Shown here: piece by piece, positions 26,402 through 42,419 of the stretch | Layout of the letters: every line of letters begins with the position of its first letter | Position numbering within the stretch: the stretch's first letter is position 1 | Assembly (NCBI GenBank): GCA_951406725.2 | Contig: OX597840.1 | Location: forward strand, 37,572,001 to 37,636,000 | Direction of reading: 5' to 3' | From: Octopus vulgaris | Lineage: Eukaryota | DNA: 64,000 nucleotides | Position numbers and translations under genes: made by a program | Notes under the pieces: model-generated | Databases searched by the model: none | Told to the model about the DNA's origin: nothing | What the model saw: only the letters and a program-made list of their open reading frames with translations

Positions 26402-26455
<54 letters not shown>

Positions 26456-26566
26456 ATATATAAGTACACATATACGCGCGCGGATATATATTTATATACA
26501 GACACACACAAATGGGCCTCGTGCACTAACATTAATAATAACATACACACTAAGAACAGACCGGGG

Positions 26567-26622
<56 letters not shown>

Positions 26623-26738
26623 ATATAAGTATATATATACATATATATGTATATATATATATATGAATATATATATATGTGTGTGTGTTTATATATATAT
26701 ATATTATAATTATTATCTATATATATATATATATATAT

Positions 26739-26784
<46 letters not shown>

Positions 26785-27319
26785 TAACAGACAGTCAGAC
26801 ATATATTTAATATACATAAGCACACAAACACATTGTTGCTCACACATAGACATACATATATACATCAAACAACATGCAATCGCACACGCCCAACATCCGC
26901 TCCCATACACACAGCGATACATATACGCACACACATACAGTTACAAACACAAACTAAAAATACAACCTCACACACACAAACACATCCATACATACATACA
27001 CACATGCCGATATTAACACTGTCGTACATACACAACTGCAAACCTACAGAAACACACAGAGAAAGGCTGTCACAAACGTATATACACATAGACACAGATT
27101 CCGCTATCTCCGCACACGCGTCTCCACCGACGGAGTCCTTTCTAGTTGTGCTGAGTTCTCCAATTCCATTCTTGGAGAGGATTTTTGGAAAGACAGACGG
27201 AAGTAGCGGAGGAATCGTCTTCATATACATTGCGTGAACGTAACATAGTTGCTTCAACTTCAAAGACACATTATACTAGCATGCATACAGAAATACATAC
27301 ATACATATAGGTGTGTATG

Positions 27320-27353
<34 letters not shown>

Positions 27354-27537
27354 TGTATGTATGTATGTATGTATGTATGTGTGTATACGGTTGTTTTGCT
27401 GTTTGTGGGTGTTTGTATGTGCGTGTGTGAGAATGTGTTCATTTCTATTTATCCGTAGAGAATTGTTGAACAGGATAACGTAAGATCGAAGTAGGATAAA
27501 GTCTGAAGTAATCTATCTATCTATCTATCTATCTATG

Positions 27538-27575
<38 letters not shown>

Positions 27576-27642
27576 ATTATATATATATATATATATATAT
27601 ACTTACACACGCGTACATACTTATTTACCTCGATGTTTGTCA

Positions 27643-27696
<54 letters not shown>

Positions 27697-27754
27697 TTAT
27701 GTAAACATCGTATATTCACGCACGCCCGCGCACACACACATACGCACATACACA

Positions 27755-27814
<60 letters not shown>

Positions 27815-28469
27815 TAAACACACATGTATTATTCAAAACTGGAAACTTCAAAAGTCATTGTTCTGTGTTTTGTTTCCGATCTCGTATATTTGCAACTGCC
27901 GGATCGAAGCTTTGTGAAGTTTTAGCTTCCAACAATCTACATGTGTGTGTGTCTGTGTGCGTATGTGTTTCTGTGTTTCTCTGCGCGCGCGTGTGTCTGT
28001 GTGTGTGTATGCAAATATACATTCGCACACACAGAGCTTTTGAGTGGACGCTGTGCCTGCCCGCCATTATCGTGTAGGTGACAAATAACTGTCATACCTT
28101 CAGACCTACTAAGCAAGCAATCTAAAGCATGTTGCTTAATGCGGACACAGGATTCGCTCACTGTCACGTGCAGTCAATATTGGTAATTACTACTTTATTA
28201 TTCCATACTAATCAACTTTTGGCTCCGTGCCAAATCTGGATTGTTTCTATCTATTTCTGGCGTAATACACATCTGTAAGTAAGCAACCACAGTTCTCACA
28301 CACATCTTCTTTACTGCCTGTCTTTAACTACGGTCAAACCTAGTTACTGGACGATATACTGAGCAGCTGTAGTGTTCTGAGTGCGTGGAAAAGTGGGTGG
28401 AGCACCTTCGTATTATTTGTAAAGGTAGAGAGCAAAAGTCGAGTGCAATTGTGTGATCTTACTGTTGAC

Positions 28470-28656
28470 TAGTGTTCCGCAACTGGTTTTTCACTTGCGG
28501 CACACTTATATTCTTTTCAAAATTCGGAGGCACAACTGAACTAAAAATATAGCTATAAGTATAGGGAAAAAAATTATACTCGGGTTATACTGCGGCACAC
28601 CTAGTATCGTCTCGTGTCACACCAGTGTGCCGCTGCATATCAGTTGCGGAGCACTG
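28470..28656. mobile_element. hAT (Charlie-like) MITE
   Basis: TIRs tagtgttccgcaactg/cagttgcggagcactg; 8-bp flanks ctgttgac/gtgtagac (6 of 8, nTnTAGAn-like). Confidence 0.7.
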
Positions 28657-29396
28657 GTGTAGACAACATCTGTAAGTCCACTCTGGACACGCTCTGTTCT
28701 GAAATTCTTTTATAAATGTCATTCTTAGAATGATTTTAACTTATTACATTAAGCATTAATACATATGTAGTTTAAAGAAGAAATGAAAATGAAAACGGTT
28801 TTGTAAGAATCAACAAAAACATTCCATTTAATTATATAATTGAAAGGTTTATATATAGCTAAATTATGTAATCTTCAAGTTTTGTCAAACCGTTAAAATT
28901 TTCCTTCCAGCGTTAATCTATAACTACTGGCTCAAGGGAAAGCCACTTCTAGCTGCTTTAAAAAGTCAGTCACAAAATCACTTGTGTAACCGGAATTTTA
29001 GAGGCGTACGAATTTGAGCACTCAGAGTGCATGCTTAATTGTGTGAGACACTCTGATACAAACTCCTCGTATCTTTTACATACATGTATACACACACACG
29101 CACACACACACGCGCACGCGCGCTCACACACACAATTACACACGCTCACACTTATGTGAGTATTAAGGGAATGAAATGTGGGTCGCATGTACTATAGCTT
29201 AAATTACATAACCATTGTTTAGATTCGTGGTTATATGTTTAGCGGCTTGTTAACCGTTTTATCTTACTTATCCGCTGTTGTGACGATGGAGACCAAAGGA
29301 CAAACGTAATAGCATACTTCAATACTTTTAATTCTGATATCTATATACATACACACATTCTTATATACATACATGTATATATACATATATATATAT

Positions 29397-29800
29397 GAGT
29401 GGATGTGTGGTAAGTAGCTTGTTAACCAACCAAATGGTTCCGAGTTCAGTCCCACTGCGTGGTATCTGGGCAAGTGTCTTCTGCTATAGCCTCGGGCCGA
29501 CCAAAGCCTTGTGAGTGGATTTTGTAGACGGAAACTGAAAGAAGCCTGTCGTATATATGTATATATATATGTATGTGTGTGTGTATGTTTGTGTGTCTTT
29601 GTTTGTCCCCCTAGCATTGCTTGACCACCGATGCTGGTGTGTTTACGTCCCCGACACTTAGCGGTTCGGCAAAAGAGACCGATAGAATAAGTACTGGGCT
29701 TACAAAGAATAAGTCCCGGGGCCGATTTGCTCGACTAAAGGCGGTGCTCCAGCATGGCCGTAGTCAAATGACTGAAACAAGTAAAAGAGTAAAAGAGTAA
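29397..29800 (+). mobile_element. SINE S2, near full length
   Basis: High similarity to 11199-11598; (aaaagagt) tail. Confidence 0.92.
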
Positions 29801-29909
29801 TATATATATATATATATATATATGAAATTTACAGAGAAACAAAAGGCGTAGACACTTGTATAAACAACAAGCAGTTGTATTAGTTTGACGCTCGGGAAGG
29901 TGAGAAAGT

Positions 29910-29945
29910 CTTTTACGTTTCGAGCCTACGCTCTTCAACAGAAAG
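29910..29945 (-). ncRNA. Variant-core hammerhead-like motif H9, in family B element 29822-29965
   Basis: Minus strand CTTT-CTGTTGA-A-GAGC-GTAG-GCTC-GAAAC-GTA-AAAG, identical to H7 although the flanks diverge. Confidence 0.62.
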
Positions 29946-30020
29946 GAACACGAGGAAATAAACAAGAGAGAGAGAGAGAGAGAGAGATAGGATAAAAGGA
30001 GAGAGACTAAAATACTTTTT

Positions 30021-30062
<42 letters not shown>

Positions 30063-31393
30063 AAAAAAAGGCGTGTTTGTGTTAGTATTTGAATAATACG
30101 TTATGTATTACTCAGTCGAGGAATCCTGTATATATAAATATGGACATGAGACGCACGGTTTACACATTTTTGTGTTATTCAGGAGAAGAGAGTTGTACGT
30201 ATTAGGGGTAGGCTACTTCGCAAAAGTAGCCTTACAGTCAATACGACAACTAACGGGAAAGAACGAAGGACTGAACGAATGGGGTGCTGTGGTTGATGAC
30301 TTATTTTATTGCTTTCGTTTATGATGTTCTTTTTGTTTTTTAACCCTTTGACCTCCGTCATAATTCAGGCCTTTGAAGAAAGGCGTTCTTTTTATGGCCA
30401 TTTTGATATTTCATTTCTAACGTACCTAAAGGTACGTCTTCTTTTTCTTTAACACAGTGATGTGCGATTTCAGCTTGTTCTTGGCAAATATATTATGCAA
30501 TATCATTCCAATTTATTGTGGGGCCCTCTTTGGATTCCTTAGGGATTTTGTGTTCTGCTGTAAGCCTGGATAAATTAGGGGCATGCAAAAAAAAAATGTA
30601 GTTCCAAACTGAACTATTATGAAATGTAAACAAGAATATAAATTTCAAAAGTGAAATCTTTTAATGTCTTCACACGAATATGGTGTCGTTGATCTGATCG
30701 GGATTTCGAATCCGAAACTTCAAACATTGACATCTTCCATCTCACTTTTTGATATAGCGGTTTGCTGACAGGGTCTTTAAGAAAGAAGTTTAGGGTGTCC
30801 TTTGGTGTGTGGTCCGGGTTTCTCTGTTCTAAGTTCAAATTACACTGAAGCTAAAATTATCCAGGAAATCTTCAGGGTTCATAAGTACAGAAGTCACTTC
30901 TCTCTTTCTTACTCTCCTTCTCACTCTCTCACACACACATACTCGCTTACTCTTATTCTCATCTCTCTCTCACTCCTGTTCACCCTCTCTCTAATTCACT
31001 CCCATCCTTTCTGTCTATCTCTTAAACCCTACAACTCTCACTCGCACCGTGTCTCGCTCTTATTCCCATCTGCTCGCAAACTCTCTCCTACCCTTCTCTT
31101 TCACAACTTTTACAACTTTCTCTCGCACCCTATCTCTCTCTCTTTCTCTCTCTCTCTCTGATTCGACCATGTTGAAATAGTCATAGAGAAACGTATAAAC
31201 ATGGAGCAACCACCAATACTTAAGATCTTCTGTGGCCCTCAGTCAAGCCCAATCGTATTCAACATTGATTTCGATCTAATTTCTAAACTTGATTCCTAAT
31301 CTTAATACAACACTAGACATTTCTGCTGATGGGTCACTTTTGTACGGTTCAATCGATCATTCTATATTAGTGGTACACACACACACACACACA

Positions 31394-31447
<54 letters not shown>

Positions 31448-32899
31448 ATTGAAAAAGTCTGGAGTCAACAAATTTGAATGAAGGTAGACTAGCTTTATAC
31501 TGTACTCTGCGACGTTCTTGACAGAATATGCCATAACTATATATATGTATACGCGCACACGCACGCATACACATACATACACACACACACTCACACATAT
31601 ATATATATACACACATGTATATTTGACTCAGAAATAATAAAAGATTTTATTCCAGCGCAATTTGTACTTAAGACACGAAATATACAAAAACATAGCCTCG
31701 TATAGTTGCAGCAACACTTCTAGAAGCAGTTCTTCTAACTCCACCTTTTGTTTCCCTTTTACGCAGCTGTTTCAAGAGGGGACGACCTAGTTGGTGACAT
31801 CGACTCTAACACTAGACTATTGTATAATTTTATTTTGTCGACTCTGAAGTGATGTAACGAATTGTTGATCCGAGCACAATTTGAATGTAAACGGTTGGAT
31901 GAAAATCCTAGTCTCAGGTATTCAGCTGAGATGCGTAAAGATTGTTGTTTCTGTTAAAACCCCAAGGAGAAAACGCCTGAAAACCCTTACCCAAAGACAC
32001 TTTCATGAATAGTGGTCAGAGAAAATGGTTTGATGAGTGGATAAGTATATTTGCATAAGTGATTCTTCAAGCCGAGTCAAGGATATGAAAGGCTGGTCTA
32101 AAAAGGGATCAGTTGAGCACTTCCCACGATCTCTGTTAGTGACGATTGGCAATCTCTTTGCAAAGTGTAATGACGGTCACGCATGAGCGAACCCTGCAGA
32201 GGAGGTGCCTGAGCACTCTACCTTTATGGCCTTCCAGAGAATAGTGGATGGGGTAGATCGATGATAGATGGCAGGAATTAAACATTTGGAAGAATTACTA
32301 CAAGTTATTTCATCCGATGCTCCACCGATCCGTCTAATCCACTTAGCAATGAAAACATTAATATCATAATTCTAAGACTAGAGAAACCAAATGTAATAAC
32401 TAAATCATAATCGATAATTCGATTTACTGATAATAACCAATAATACTAGTTAATAATATAAATTAATATTATTATTAGTAGTAATAGAACAAAAATGTAT
32501 AGTACATGTATTACTAACAAAACATTTAAACTAATTAATAATAAGAATGATTATCAGCTGATATCAAAACTACTCAGCGATATTAGTAAGTAAAGCAAAT
32601 CAATAAACCTAATCAATAAAATTTATTATTGACACTGATTAGAAATAAAAATTAATTATAATCATTGACAGATTATCAATTCTAATTCTAATTATTATTA
32701 TTATTACTATAATCATTATTATTATTATTGTTGTTGTTTCTGTTGTTGTTGTTATCAACGATATACATTGTTAATACTAGATGTAAAACTAATTAGTATT
32801 TGTGTTATACTAATCAGTTATAGTAATCAATGATATTAATTATTAATTCAGTTTATGAAATCTACACCGTAGTTCTTAAAAGTAAAACTTCTGAGTGAT

Positions 32900-33108
32900 A
32901 TCGGTTTCAGATTTTTGTACAAGGCCGGCAATATCTGGAGGAAGTGGTGGCGGGGGGCGCTAATCGATTGAATCACCCCAGGGCTGAACTACTGCTTGTT
33001 GTATTGACATCGAAAGAATTAGTCAACTTCAGCGGAATTTGAACTCAGAACGTAAAGGTGGACGAAATATATCGCCCTACGTTCTAATGATTCGGCCCGC
33101 TCGCCGTC

Positions 33109-33167
<59 letters not shown>

Positions 33168-33372
33168 TCTTTCTACTATGGACACAGGGTCTGGAATCTG
33201 GGGAAGGGGATTGTGGGTCACATCATTCTCAGTACTCAACTCGTACTTATTTTATCGACCCCGAAAGGATGAATGGCAAATGTCGGCCTTAACGGAATTT
33301 GAACTCAGAACATGAAGACCGGCGAAATACTGTTTCGCACTGGCGTGCTAACAACTCTGCCAGCTCACCTCC

Positions 33373-33443
<71 letters not shown>

Positions 33444-33650
33444 CCTTTCTACTAAAGGTACAAGGCCTTGAAGTTTTGGAGGAGGGGTACTAGTCGATTG
33501 CATCGACCCCAGTGTTCCACTGGAACCTAATTTATCGATCCCGAAATAATGAAAGGTGATCTCGGTGGAAATTGAACGCGGAACGTAAATAGCCGGACAG
33601 AATGGCGCGAAGCATTTTGTCCGGCAAGCTATTGATTCTGCCAGCCTGCT
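32900..33650 (-). mobile_element. Three co-oriented S1-type SINEs separated by (AAT)n
   Basis: Copies at ~32900-33108, 33167-33373 and 33443-33650; (AAT)n at 33110-33166 and 33374-33443. Confidence 0.78.
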
Positions 33651-33839
33651 TTAACTACTCCGTAATATTCTTATGTGGTTACAAGACCTGCTAGAAAGCG
33701 TCACAGTAGTCTTTGAAAAGGAACGAAGGACAGGACGGGTAAGGCCTGTGTGGACACTGCCTGGATTAGTTGGAAGGTGACGGTTAGAATGTGGAAGATC
33801 GTAGGATCTGATCTTTCAGGTGTAACTTCGTTCCAAATG

Positions 33840-33908
33840 TGACCACCACCACCACCAACACAACAGCAACGATACTACTGTCACCACGACTACTATAGTA
33901 GACAATAA

Positions 33909-33940
<32 letters not shown>

Positions 33941-33956
33941 CCATCATCATCATCCC

Positions 33957-34020
<64 letters not shown>

Positions 34021-34340
34021 GTCATCATCGTCATCATCTTCATAAACATCATCACGATGAAAGCCAGCGACATAGCATTTACTATTGCCATCTCCCCCAC
34101 CATCTGTACAGTTTTCACCATCACCATAATCATCATCCTCATCATCCTCATCATCCTCCTCCTCATCATCATCATCATCATCATAAGTGTCGTCATCATC
34201 ACCGCTGCCAAAAGTATCATCATCGTTAGCACTACTACGACGTTCACCGACAACATCACCACGACCACCACGACGGCCACCACCACCATCAATGGGACTA
34301 CCACCACCAACCCCAACACCGCGCTCACCGTCATCACTAA
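33840..34340. repeat. (CAT)n/(CAC)n degenerate trinucleotide tract
   Basis: Seen directly. Confidence 0.9.
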
Positions 34341-35067
34341 CTCATTACCACCACCGCCACACAGACACACACACACACGCCACTCACAAACACAAATATA
34401 TGAGCCTCTAAACGGTCGTTCGAAATGCTAGAAATAGCGACCAAATACACCTACAAATCAATTTCTACAATCTATCGATAGTTTACAGAATGTAGAGCTA
34501 TATAGACATATTCAGCTTGGAATGTCACGGCTGGAAGTTTCTGTGCAGTCAGGGATCACCCGGGTCTGGACATCTATGTTTACAACTAATTATAAATAAC
34601 GAGGAAGGATATTGGGGAAGAATCGAGGCTGCTAGAAATGGTAGCCAAGTTACTATTAACTTGCCTTCAAAAAGTCGAACACATTGTAAAATGAACGCTT
34701 GGGCATACCATGTCAGGGTGGTCACGGATGAAACAACTGTGCTACTAGGTCTATTTGAACGGGGAAATAATTAGGGTAAAATGGAAGCATGTTACGATGG
34801 ACAACACACACCACACATGCACGCGCTCACGCAAATTCACATACACAGACACATAAGCACACAAGCACACTATTGCATACGGTCTCACACGCATCTACAC
34901 ACACATCCACCCACTTACAGGGCTATATACGAATATGTGTATGTGTATGTGTATATATGTGTGTGAGCCTATATTCGTGAGAGTGTGTATGTTTACATCA
35001 CACGTTTATACACAAACGCTTGTATACACGAAAGCATGGATACACGTATGTAAGTATACACGTATGT

Positions 35068-35111
<44 letters not shown>

Positions 35112-35177
35112 CTGTGTGTGAGCATACGTATATATCTATCTATTTATCTATCCATCTATATCTGTATCTGTATCTAT

Positions 35178-35227
<50 letters not shown>

Positions 35228-35688
35228 AGAGAGAGAGAGGGGATAGATAGATAGGTAGACATATAGATAAATAGATAGATAGACAGACAGACAGACAGGC
35301 GGACAGATAGATAGATAGACGGACAGACAGACAGAAAGACAGACGGACAGATTGATAGATAGATAGACTGATAGATAGATACACAGATAGATTGGTATAC
35401 TTGTAAAACCATCCAATGATGCATACTTAAGCAGTTACAGTTTTGTTTGAAGCTTAATATTACCTGTAACACACACACTCACACATACACACACATACAC
35501 TCACACACCTACACACGTATGGCGATATACGCTTTCCTACACAAGCACACACACACACACGCGCATACACATTTCATGTGGCGAAACGAGTGTCCATATT
35601 TTCATGTACGCCTGTAAATAATCGTGCTCGCACACGCACGCTTCTGTGCGTCAGTGTTTGGAAGTATGTGTATGTAGGTGTGCTCACC

Positions 35689-35719
<31 letters not shown>

Positions 35720-35946
35720 TTTGTTTGTGTTAGAAACCTGGATAATGATTATTTCTATTGGGCCAATTAATGGCTTATATTGGCCAGTACATGTGTACAT
35801 GTATAAGGATGCATGGCCGTATTTATTCATGCATGTGTCTATGTAGAAGAAATGTAGATATGAATACATGTTAGTATGGATGTATGTCCGAGTTTATGTA
35901 TGTCTGTGTGTACATACAATTGTGTATATTCGTTGGTTGTAATATG

Positions 35947-36001
<55 letters not shown>

Positions 36002-36171
36002 ACCACGCACACAGTGTACGTGTTTATTTGCCCCCAAAATGGGGCCATCACGAAATATAACAATATGTATACGTATATATATATATATATATATATAGCT
36101 AAATGCCTATATCTATCTATCTACATCTCTATTTGCCATTCTCTCCCTTCTTCTCCCCATCCCTCTATCCC

Positions 36172-36226
<55 letters not shown>

Positions 36227-36281
36227 GTCTATCTATCTATCTATCCATTTATCTATCTCTATCTGTCTATCTGACTGTTTG

Positions 36282-36340
<59 letters not shown>

Positions 36341-36469
36341 GTCTATCTATCTATCTATCCATTTATCTATCTCTATCTGTCTATCTGACTGTTTGTCTAT
36401 CTCTCTATCTGTCTGTCTATGTATGTATGTATCGATCTATCTGATTATCTGTCAATATATATTTATATT

Positions 36470-36525
<56 letters not shown>

Positions 36526-37518
36526 CACACGCACACATACATGCATACAAGCACATAAATATACAGACACATACATATATGCAATTATACATCGACGTAG
36601 AGTGCACATGTTCGTATACATAAATAATTAAATATATGTAGTTTACACATATGATATCCATCTATCGTCGTTTTCCAATACACGATCACACACACACACA
36701 TACATAGATGAACACACACGCACACACACACACATACATTCCTATACACATAGGTATATATACATGCCTGTAATATATCTATATGTATACACATATGTAA
36801 TGTGTGTGCATAAGTCCGTTTGTGTGATTGTGTGCTTGTGTAGGCGCGCTCGTGTCCATATTATTGTAGTATACACGAAGACAGTCCGAGACCGGAGACC
36901 TTGATTGCTAGGAATAGCAACCAAAATCTCTTCGTATAAAGCCCAACTGTCTTAAAGTTTATATACTTGGCCCCTTTTAAGGGGCTCATGTTGCACTATG
37001 CTGTGATAGATTGTTTGTACATAATAGGACACATACAGTGTGGTTACATTTGGAATGGTCAAGAACATACAGATTCCCGTGTGGCTAAAGAGCAATAGCA
37101 CGACACCACTGATGACCACGCACTGTGCTAGAAGTAACGCACAAATAATCCCTCAACGAGGAAACGCAAGGGACATCGAGAGAGAAAAGAGAGACAGAGG
37201 GACAGCGAAATAGAGATAGACCAACGGGACTGTGAGAGGAAGATCTCTTAGTCAACTACCCGGGGTTAGCAAGAATGAAAACAGATCAATGATTGTAGGT
37301 GGTACAAAAGACCCAACGAAGTTTGAGTCCACGCGCGTACATACACACACACGAACGCAAGCACTTGCACTGCAGAGATATGGAAAATTAAACACAGCGA
37401 AACATGCGAACTACAGGAGTTCGCATAAAAGCCACGCAGCTATTTAGACTCGAAGAGTGACACAGACGCACATGTACCGTCATAAACACATCACACATTG
37501 GCACAGATGTGTTCTCAC

Positions 37519-37702
37519 CTATTTCTTTATTACCCACAAGGGGCTAAACATGGAGGGGACAAACAAGGACAGACATAAGTATTAAGTCGATTACATCGAC
37601 CCCAGTGCGTAACTGGTACTTAATTTATCGACCCTGAAAGGATGAAAGGCAAAGTCGACCTCGGCGGAATTTGAACTCACAACGTAACGACAGACGAAAT
37701 AC
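37519..37702 (-). mobile_element. Solitary headless 184-bp S1 unit
   Basis: Starts ctatttctttattacccac and ends agacgaaatac, the same ends as the dimer subunits. Confidence 0.85.
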
Positions 37703-37722
37703 GTATGGACGATAGAATGAAT

Positions 37723-37779
<57 letters not shown>

Positions 37780-37792
37780 ATATACACATATC

Positions 37793-37829
<37 letters not shown>

Positions 37830-37840
37830 CTATGCATGTT

Positions 37841-37882
<42 letters not shown>

Positions 37883-38359
37883 TCTGTGTGTGTATCTGTA
37901 TGTAAATATATCTATATATGTATGTATGTATATCTGTGCGTGTATGTATATATATATATATGTACATAATATGTGTATAAGTGTCTATATACATATGTAT
38001 GTCACTATTGCTGTTACTCCCTCTCACTATCTCTCCTTCTCTCTGTATATATACATGTGTGTGTGTGCGTGTGTGTGTGTTTGTGTGTTTTTGTGTATAT
38101 GTGTGTGTGTAGATGCACAGAGACATACAGACACACTTGTACTTACATTCGCATCGCATACGTTTACACATTCATATACATACACATACACACACACACA
38201 CACTCACACACACTCACACACACTCACACACACTCACATACACAGCACAGACACATGCACACGCGAACGTACATTCTCAATCTCTCAGGCAAACACGAAA
38301 ATGCGTTTCCAGTCAATAATGCTGAAACTCATAATATTCCGATGATGTCAGTAGAAAGT

Positions 38360-38484
38360 CGATGATGATGATGATGATGATGATGATGACAATGATGATG
38401 ATGATAATGATGATGATGATGATGGTGGTGATGATGATGATGATGATGATGATGTGATGGTGATGTTGATGATGTGATGATGGC

Positions 38485-38515
<31 letters not shown>

Positions 38516-38750
38516 GCGATGATGATGGTAATGATGATGATGATGATGATGGTAATGATGATGATGGCGATGATGATGGTGATGATGATGATGATGATGA
38601 TGGCAATGATGATGATGGCGATGATGATGATGATGATAATGATGATGATGATGATGTTAATGATGACGATGACGATGATGATGATGATGATTATCATCAT
38701 TTATCATCTTCATCATAGAGGTTAAGGGTGATGATGATGTTGGTGATGAT
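38360..38750. repeat. (GAT)n tract
   Basis: Seen directly. Confidence 0.93.
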
Positions 38751-39135
38751 GTGACACAAGGCCACAAGAGCTCGTATGAAGACTCGGGCTGGTGGGTGGC
38801 GATTGAGGATTAATCGATATATATCTATGTATATGTATATATGTATATGTGTGTGTGTGTGTATAAATAAATGTATATCCAAACGCATACACACACACAC
38901 ATATATATATACATGCTCGTGTATGCATGTATGTATGCATATACACACGCACAGAAACATACGTAAATAGAATCTATTTATCTATCGACAGATAGTTGGA
39001 TAGAAAAGGTAAGATAGATACAGAGATACAGAGAAAGGGGGAGTCTGAGAGAGGGGAAGAGAGAGAGAGAAGAAGAAGAAAAGAAAAGTACAGGGACAGG
39101 CAGACGGATAGAAAGATAGCTAAGTAGGTAAGTAG

Positions 39136-39197
<62 letters not shown>

Positions 39198-39209
39198 GCA
39201 GAGAGAGAT

Positions 39210-39254
39210 GAATGGATAGATGGATAGATAGGTAGATAGATAGATAGATAGCTG

Positions 39255-39289
<35 letters not shown>

Positions 39290-39478
39290 GGATAGATAGA
39301 CAGATAGATAGATAGATAGATAGTTAAGATAGATAGACAGATAGTTAGATATATACATAGATAGATAGATGGACAGATATATATATAGATATATACTTTG
39401 ACAGATAGGTAGACAGATAGGTAGATATGCAGGTAAAGAGATAGATAGATACGTACATACATACCTAGATAGGTAGAC

Positions 39479-39544
<66 letters not shown>

Positions 39545-39545
39545 C
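39210..39545. repeat. (GATA)n tract
   Basis: Seen directly. Confidence 0.9.
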
Positions 39546-40101
39546 AATATTTCTGAAGAAATAATTAGATTTTTAGTGTACGTTTGTAAATATGTGGTGT
39601 ATTAATTAAGCACAAGAGAGAATTACTGTTGCAGAGTTCGCGTTTAGCAACATAAACTTTACTGAATGAAATGGTGTGTGTGTGTGTTTGTGTGTGGGGA
39701 GACGAACTGAAATTACATAAACAGACGCATATATAGTCTCATACATACAAACACACATACATACCAACACTACATACACTCATATATATAGACACACACA
39801 CAAACACATGTGAAAGACATATATGTGTACCAGTATATATGCTTGTATGTGTGCGCTCGCGCGTGAAGGAATCGAATCTATGCCATCTTTCCACCTATCT
39901 ATCTACCTATCGATCTATCTGTCTGACTGACTGTTTGTAGGTATGCCTGTCTGTCTGTCTGTTTGTCTGTCTATATATCAGCTAGATCGCTTTCACTCTC
40001 ACATTCTCACTCTCTCTCTCTCTCGTCCCTTTTCTCTCTATCTTTCTCCCTTTCTCAACATCTTTCTATCTGTTTGTCTCTCTGTCTGTCTGGCTGTATG
40101 T

Positions 40102-40159
<58 letters not shown>

Positions 40160-40464
40160 CTATATATAATGAGAAAGTATCTCTAAAAACATATACATAA
40201 ACAAAATTACATGCATAACCACACATACAATATGTGCTTAATTATAATCATATACATACATTTGTATACAGAGATACACATGCATATCTATATATACACA
40301 CACACATATATATACATATACACACACACACACACACATACGCACATATATATACGTATGTATGTATATATGTGTATCTTTAAATATGTGTATGTATATT
40401 CATTAAGTATATATCATCATCATCATTTAACGTCCATTTTCCACGCCAGCATGGGTTGGACTAC

Positions 40465-40502
<38 letters not shown>

Positions 40503-40726
40503 TTATGCATATATACATATATATACATATACATATATATGAATATATGTATATGTATGTGTATATATACACACACATATATATATATACACACATATAT
40601 ATATACACATTGTATATATATATATACATTCAATCATATATGGATATGGTTACAGGTACATATACACGATACATGTATGTGTAATAAGAAATGTGTACAC
40701 GCATTCATATACATGCCAACATTTAT

Positions 40727-40775
<49 letters not shown>

Positions 40776-40928
40776 AATATATATATATATATTATGTATA
40801 TCTGCATACATATACATACGTACAGGCACACGAATACATATAGATGTAATGTAGGTAGGTAGAAAATGTGGAGCATAGCGAGCGAGACGTGTTCAAATCC
40901 ATCCGATGCACATACACGTGCATGTATA

Positions 40929-40993
<65 letters not shown>

Positions 40994-41864
40994 GCACGGA
41001 GAAACATGCATACACGTGCTGAAGTATCATAACCGGTAAAAAGGTAACGAAATTATCAGTGTAATATTAGCTCTCCCGTAAATTGGGTTTATTTGTATAT
41101 ATAAATTTTTATGAGTTTTAATAAGAAGAAACATTAATTACGGTAATAATAACCGCCATAATGGCAGTAATATTGTTATTATTTAATATTATTAACAAGA
41201 ATCTTAATATTCATAATTTGGTTGGTTAGGAAGAAAAAATAATTAGAATGTAAAAAGGAGAATATTAACTCTTTGACTTACCTTGAAGGGAGCACATTTT
41301 TAGAGTTAAAAAAATATTTTATATACATTGATATATATATATATGTACATATATATATACATATATATATTTATATATATATGTATATATATGTATGTAT
41401 ATATATATATATATATCTTTAGCAATACGCTTGAGTAATATATTCACAAATATCGTGGTAAATATTAATCATTATTATATTTTTTGCAACTTGTTGTTGT
41501 GGTTGATGTTGTTGTTTTTGTTGTTTGTTGTTGTTGATGAATATGATTGAAGGTGTTGGGGCGGGTGACGGTGGAGAAAGGGTTACGTGTGAGGGAGAGA
41601 AGGGAAAGTGGCAGGTGCGCCCTGCTGGGTGGGTTGATGGGGTGAGTATATGTGTGGGTGGGGGGGTTGAATGTGACGGCTCGCTTTTGTTTGTGTTGTT
41701 GTGATGCGTCGGTGGGGTTGAGAAACCTCACTCAGGATTTTGCGCTCACTTTAGGTAAAAGATAATTATTTACAATTATACATATGTGTGTGGATGTATA
41801 TGCGTGTTTGTATGCGAGATTATCCCTGTGTGTGTGTGTGTGTGTGCGTTTGTATTCGCGCGTC

Positions 41865-41925
<61 letters not shown>

Positions 41926-41926
41926 T

Positions 41927-41959
<33 letters not shown>

Positions 41960-42038
41960 GTATGTATATATAGCTTTATGTATGTTTATATTTCTGTAGA
42001 AGTGTGTATACGTATATATTTACGTATGTATATATATA

Positions 42039-42084
<46 letters not shown>

Positions 42085-42175
42085 GATGAATATATGTGTA
42101 TGTGTTTGTGTATGTGTGTGTATACGTAGTATACCCTAATTACTGTTCTACAGGTTTGTGTACATTATTATTACT

Positions 42176-42192
42176 GACAGTAGCAGTAGTAA

Positions 42193-42280
<88 letters not shown>
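42176..42280. repeat. (TAG)n tract
   Basis: Seen directly. Confidence 0.95.
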
Positions 42281-42284
<4 letters not shown>

Positions 42285-42419
42285 TTATATTCTCCGAGTA
42301 AGTAGTAAGTAAATAGACTCTCCTGCTATCGTTTGGTTTTGCTTATTGAGTCTCGAAAGTAAAAACTTTGTTATGACAAAAGGATGCAGAAATTTTTACT
42401 CCGATGCAATCGGTAAGCT

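Noticed and set aside
27100-27230. Minus-strand peptide MYMKTIPPLLPSVFPKILSKNG...
   Set aside because: Unique island but no recognisable homology or convincing splice sites; runs into (TG)n
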